From a virus (taxonomy: Duplodnaviria > Caudoviricetes), in IMG/VR virus record IMGVR_UViG_3300032269_001670, positions 21,708 through 85,707 of that record: 64,000 nt of DNA; one strand, 5' to 3'. Position 1 is the stretch's first letter. Each line of letters starts with the position of its first letter. Below, in pieces: positions 62,349 through 64,000 of this stretch. The notes under the pieces are model-generated. The model saw nothing but the letters and a program-made list of their open reading frames with translations, did no database searches and was not told the origin of the DNA. Both the position numbers and the translations under genes were made by a program.

Positions 62349-63438
62349 CCACTTCTCCACATTTAGCGGCGTCGGTGGATTAGACCTTGGCCTTGAGTCT
62401 GCAGGATGGCATACTGTCGCGCAAAGCGAAATTGCACCATATCAGTGTGAGGTGTTGCGCCAGCGCTGGCCGGACATTCCGAACCTTGGCGACATCGCGG
62501 CGATCAGCACGGAAAAGACAAGTGCAGCATGGCAATCGGCAACACTTTGGTCTGCGGGTTTTCCGTGCCAAGACCTCAGTAGCGCAGGAAAGCGGAGAGG
62601 GTTTACCGGTGAGCGATCAGTCCTTGCGTTCTCGTTCCTCAACCTTGTCGAAGCGTTCGGCCCGGAATGGATCCTCCTTGAAAATGTCCCCGGCCTCCTC
62701 ACATCCAGCGACGGAAGAGACATGGGGCGACTCCTCCAGGAAATGGACGAACTCGGGTATGGCGTGGCGTGGAGAACTATTGATGCGTCGAGCGTCGGAA
62801 GCTGTGAACTGCATGGGGGACGGCGCCCAGTGCCGCAGCCGCGCCGTCGGGTCTTCCTACTTGGACATCGTGGAACCGGTCGTGCCGGCGAGGTACTTCT
62901 TGACAGTCGCGGAGGCCAAGAACTACCTTGGGCGCTCGGTCGTGACTACGGAGAATGGGATCAAGAACGGTTTTACGCCGGACCTCCACCAGTTGATTCT
63001 GCAAACTATCGACCAGCAGCTTTTGAGCTTGCGGCAATTGACTACGCTGGAGATGGAGCGGCTGATGGGATGGCCCGACGGGCACACGCTCGTCCGAGGA
63101 TTCCGACGTCTGCACGCCAAGAGCACAACGTAGAGGCGTTGCCAAACTCATATACTGGACATCTTCGGATGTATCGGAAGACCGAACGCAATCAGCGCAG
63201 TGGGTTCTTTGAAAGATGGACGGAGGACGGCACCTTTTCGACCCTGACAAGCTTTTCGTCTTCTGGCGTTTTTGGTCAACACTTGCTTCAGTCTGCCGCC
63301 TGCATTGAGCATCCGCTTTTGGACCGAGTGAATGAAGCGTCTCGGGCAGAGGCCTGTGGCAACGGCGTGGTCAGTCTGGCGGCAGAGTGGATCGGCTTAC
63401 GTGTCGTAGAAAATATGCGCCTACACGGCGAACTTTAA
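62302..63438 (+). CDS. DNA (cytosine-5) methyltransferase, alpha chain (motifs I-VIII, X)
   Basis: FSGVGG, GFPCQDLS, ENVPGL, QPRRRVF, CGNGVV..AAEWIG; motif IX absent from this frame. Confidence 0.9.
   Translation: MKSPRKQSPSAAKRLSHFSTFSGVGGLDLGLESAGWHTVAQSEIAPYQCEVLRQRWPDIPNLGDIAAISTEKTSAAWQSATLWSAGFPCQDLSSAGKRRGFTGERSVLAFSFLNLVEAFGPEWILLENVPGLLTSSDGRDMGRLLQEMDELGYGVAWRTIDASSVGSCELHGGRRPVPQPRRRVFLLGHRGTGRAGEVLLDSRGGQELPWALGRDYGEWDQERFYAGPPPVDSANYRPAAFELAAIDYAGDGAADGMARRAHARPRIPTSARQEHNVEALPNSYTGHLRMYRKTERNQRSGFFERWTEDGTFSTLTSFSSSGVFGQHLLQSAACIEHPLLDRVNEASRAEACGNGVVSLAAEWIGLRVVENMRLHGEL
62609..63133 (+). CDS. C5 methyltransferase beta chain in an overlapping +1 frame (motif IX)
   Basis: RQLTTLEMERLMGWPDGHT at 63032-63088; GTG 62609 after GGAGAGG; nested in the alpha gene. 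Confidence 0.75.
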   Translation: MSDQSLRSRSSTLSKRSARNGSSLKMSPASSHPATEETWGDSSRKWTNSGMAWRGELLMRRASEAVNCMGDGAQCRSRAVGSSYLDIVEPVVPARYFLTVAEAKNYLGRSVVTTENGIKNGFTPDLHQLILQTIDQQLLSLRQLTTLEMERLMGWPDGHTLVRGFRRLHAKSTT

Positions 63439-63455
63439 TGTGATACACTCCTGGT

Positions 63456-63764
63456 ATGCCACATAAAGACCCTGTTACCCCAGAACTTCGTTATGCCGTC
63501 ATTCGGCGCGATCACGCCTGCGTGGGCGCAAAGATTGGTATGGGCGGTGCATGCGGCAGCCAGTTTGGCTCCGGCACTGACATTGTTTGGGAGCTTGATC
63601 ATATCGATAATGCCGGCATGGGGAAGCGCGGACCAAGCACCATGGAGAATCTCGTGCTGATGTGCGGGTATCACCATCGGGTCAAGACTGAGGCGACACG
63701 AATGTGGCGCCCAAAGCTGAGGGAGTACATTCATGAGAAATCCGGCCCTACAGTATCCAGGTGA
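63456..63764 (+). CDS. HNH endonuclease
   Basis: RRDHAC...ELDHI...NLVLMCGYHHRVKT; TGaTACACT 6 nt upstream (leaderless). Confidence 0.9.
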   Translation: MPHKDPVTPELRYAVIRRDHACVGAKIGMGGACGSQFGSGTDIVWELDHIDNAGMGKRGPSTMENLVLMCGYHHRVKTEATRMWRPKLREYIHEKSGPTVSR

Positions 63765-63981
63765 CGGTGGCTGTTCCTGGGATTTCTGTCCTAATCGTCG
63801 TGACGCTCGTGTCAAGCGCGGTAGGATGATTCCCCTGGGGGAGCTGCGCCCTTTTGCCGCCGATCAAAGCGTTCACGAAGACTGCCTGCGTCGCATTCTC
63901 GTGGGGAAATCGGCCCTTGACGGCGCAGCAGATGGGCCATATACTACTGATGTGGTAGCTGAAGGAGGTTCCGATGAATAG
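63733..63981 (+). CDS. Hypothetical protein with Cys/His motif
   Basis: SD GGGAG; overlaps the next ATG at 63974, which runs off the window. Confidence 0.6.
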   Translation: MRNPALQYPGDGGCSWDFCPNRRDARVKRGRMIPLGELRPFAADQSVHEDCLRRILVGKSALDGAADGPYTTDVVAEGGSDE

Positions 63982-64000
63982 CGATTTGCCACTGAATATT

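Larger units (their letters stand above)
1..64000. mobile_element. Tailed dsDNA phage genome segment (Caudoviricetes, siphovirus-like)
   Basis: Terminase, portal, prohead protease, HK97-like capsid, connectors, tail tubes, tape measure, fibres and holin are present. No host housekeeping genes and no sheath gene seen. Confidence 0.97.

Noticed and set aside
1-64000. Stop-codon reassignment
   Set aside because: Long genes are intact under code 11, and TAA, TAG and TGA all terminate well-supported genes.

Overview
The whole window is a segment of a tailed dsDNA bacteriophage genome (HK97-type head; long tape measure, tail tubes and no sheath gene, so siphovirus-like). I found no integrase, polymerase, helicase or primase, so it is probably part of a larger genome. 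Layout: 1-10.2 kb early/accessory microgenes around a repeat-rich divergent non-coding region (0.75-1.6 kb); 10.5-16.2 kb sugar/nucleotide-modification cluster; 17.7-20.6 kb subtilase plus terL/terS; 21.3-30.1 kb tail-fibre and membrane genes (+); 30.2-59.2 kb lysis, tail and head genes (-); 59.4-64 kb portal, C5 methylase and HNH (+). Most unusual points: (1) a promoter-driven 72-nt tRNA-like RNA with the alanine identity elements of tmRNA (G3.U70, A73, CCA) but no anticodon arm or tag ORF; (2) virion proteins carrying enzymatic cargo: a 3397-aa tape measure with HicA-like, ddrB-ParB-like and HExxH domains, a prohead protease fused to a TUDOR-like and a full Dps domain, and a portal fused to a HAD phosphatase; (3) adjacent stand-alone sigma70 region 3.2-4 and LexA DNA-binding-domain genes; (4) a two-chain C5 methylase whose motif IX lies in an overlapping +1 frame; (5) several structured 5' leaders, G-quadruplex tracts and many leaderless promoters. 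Family assignments come from motif recognition by eye and need HMM or structure confirmation.
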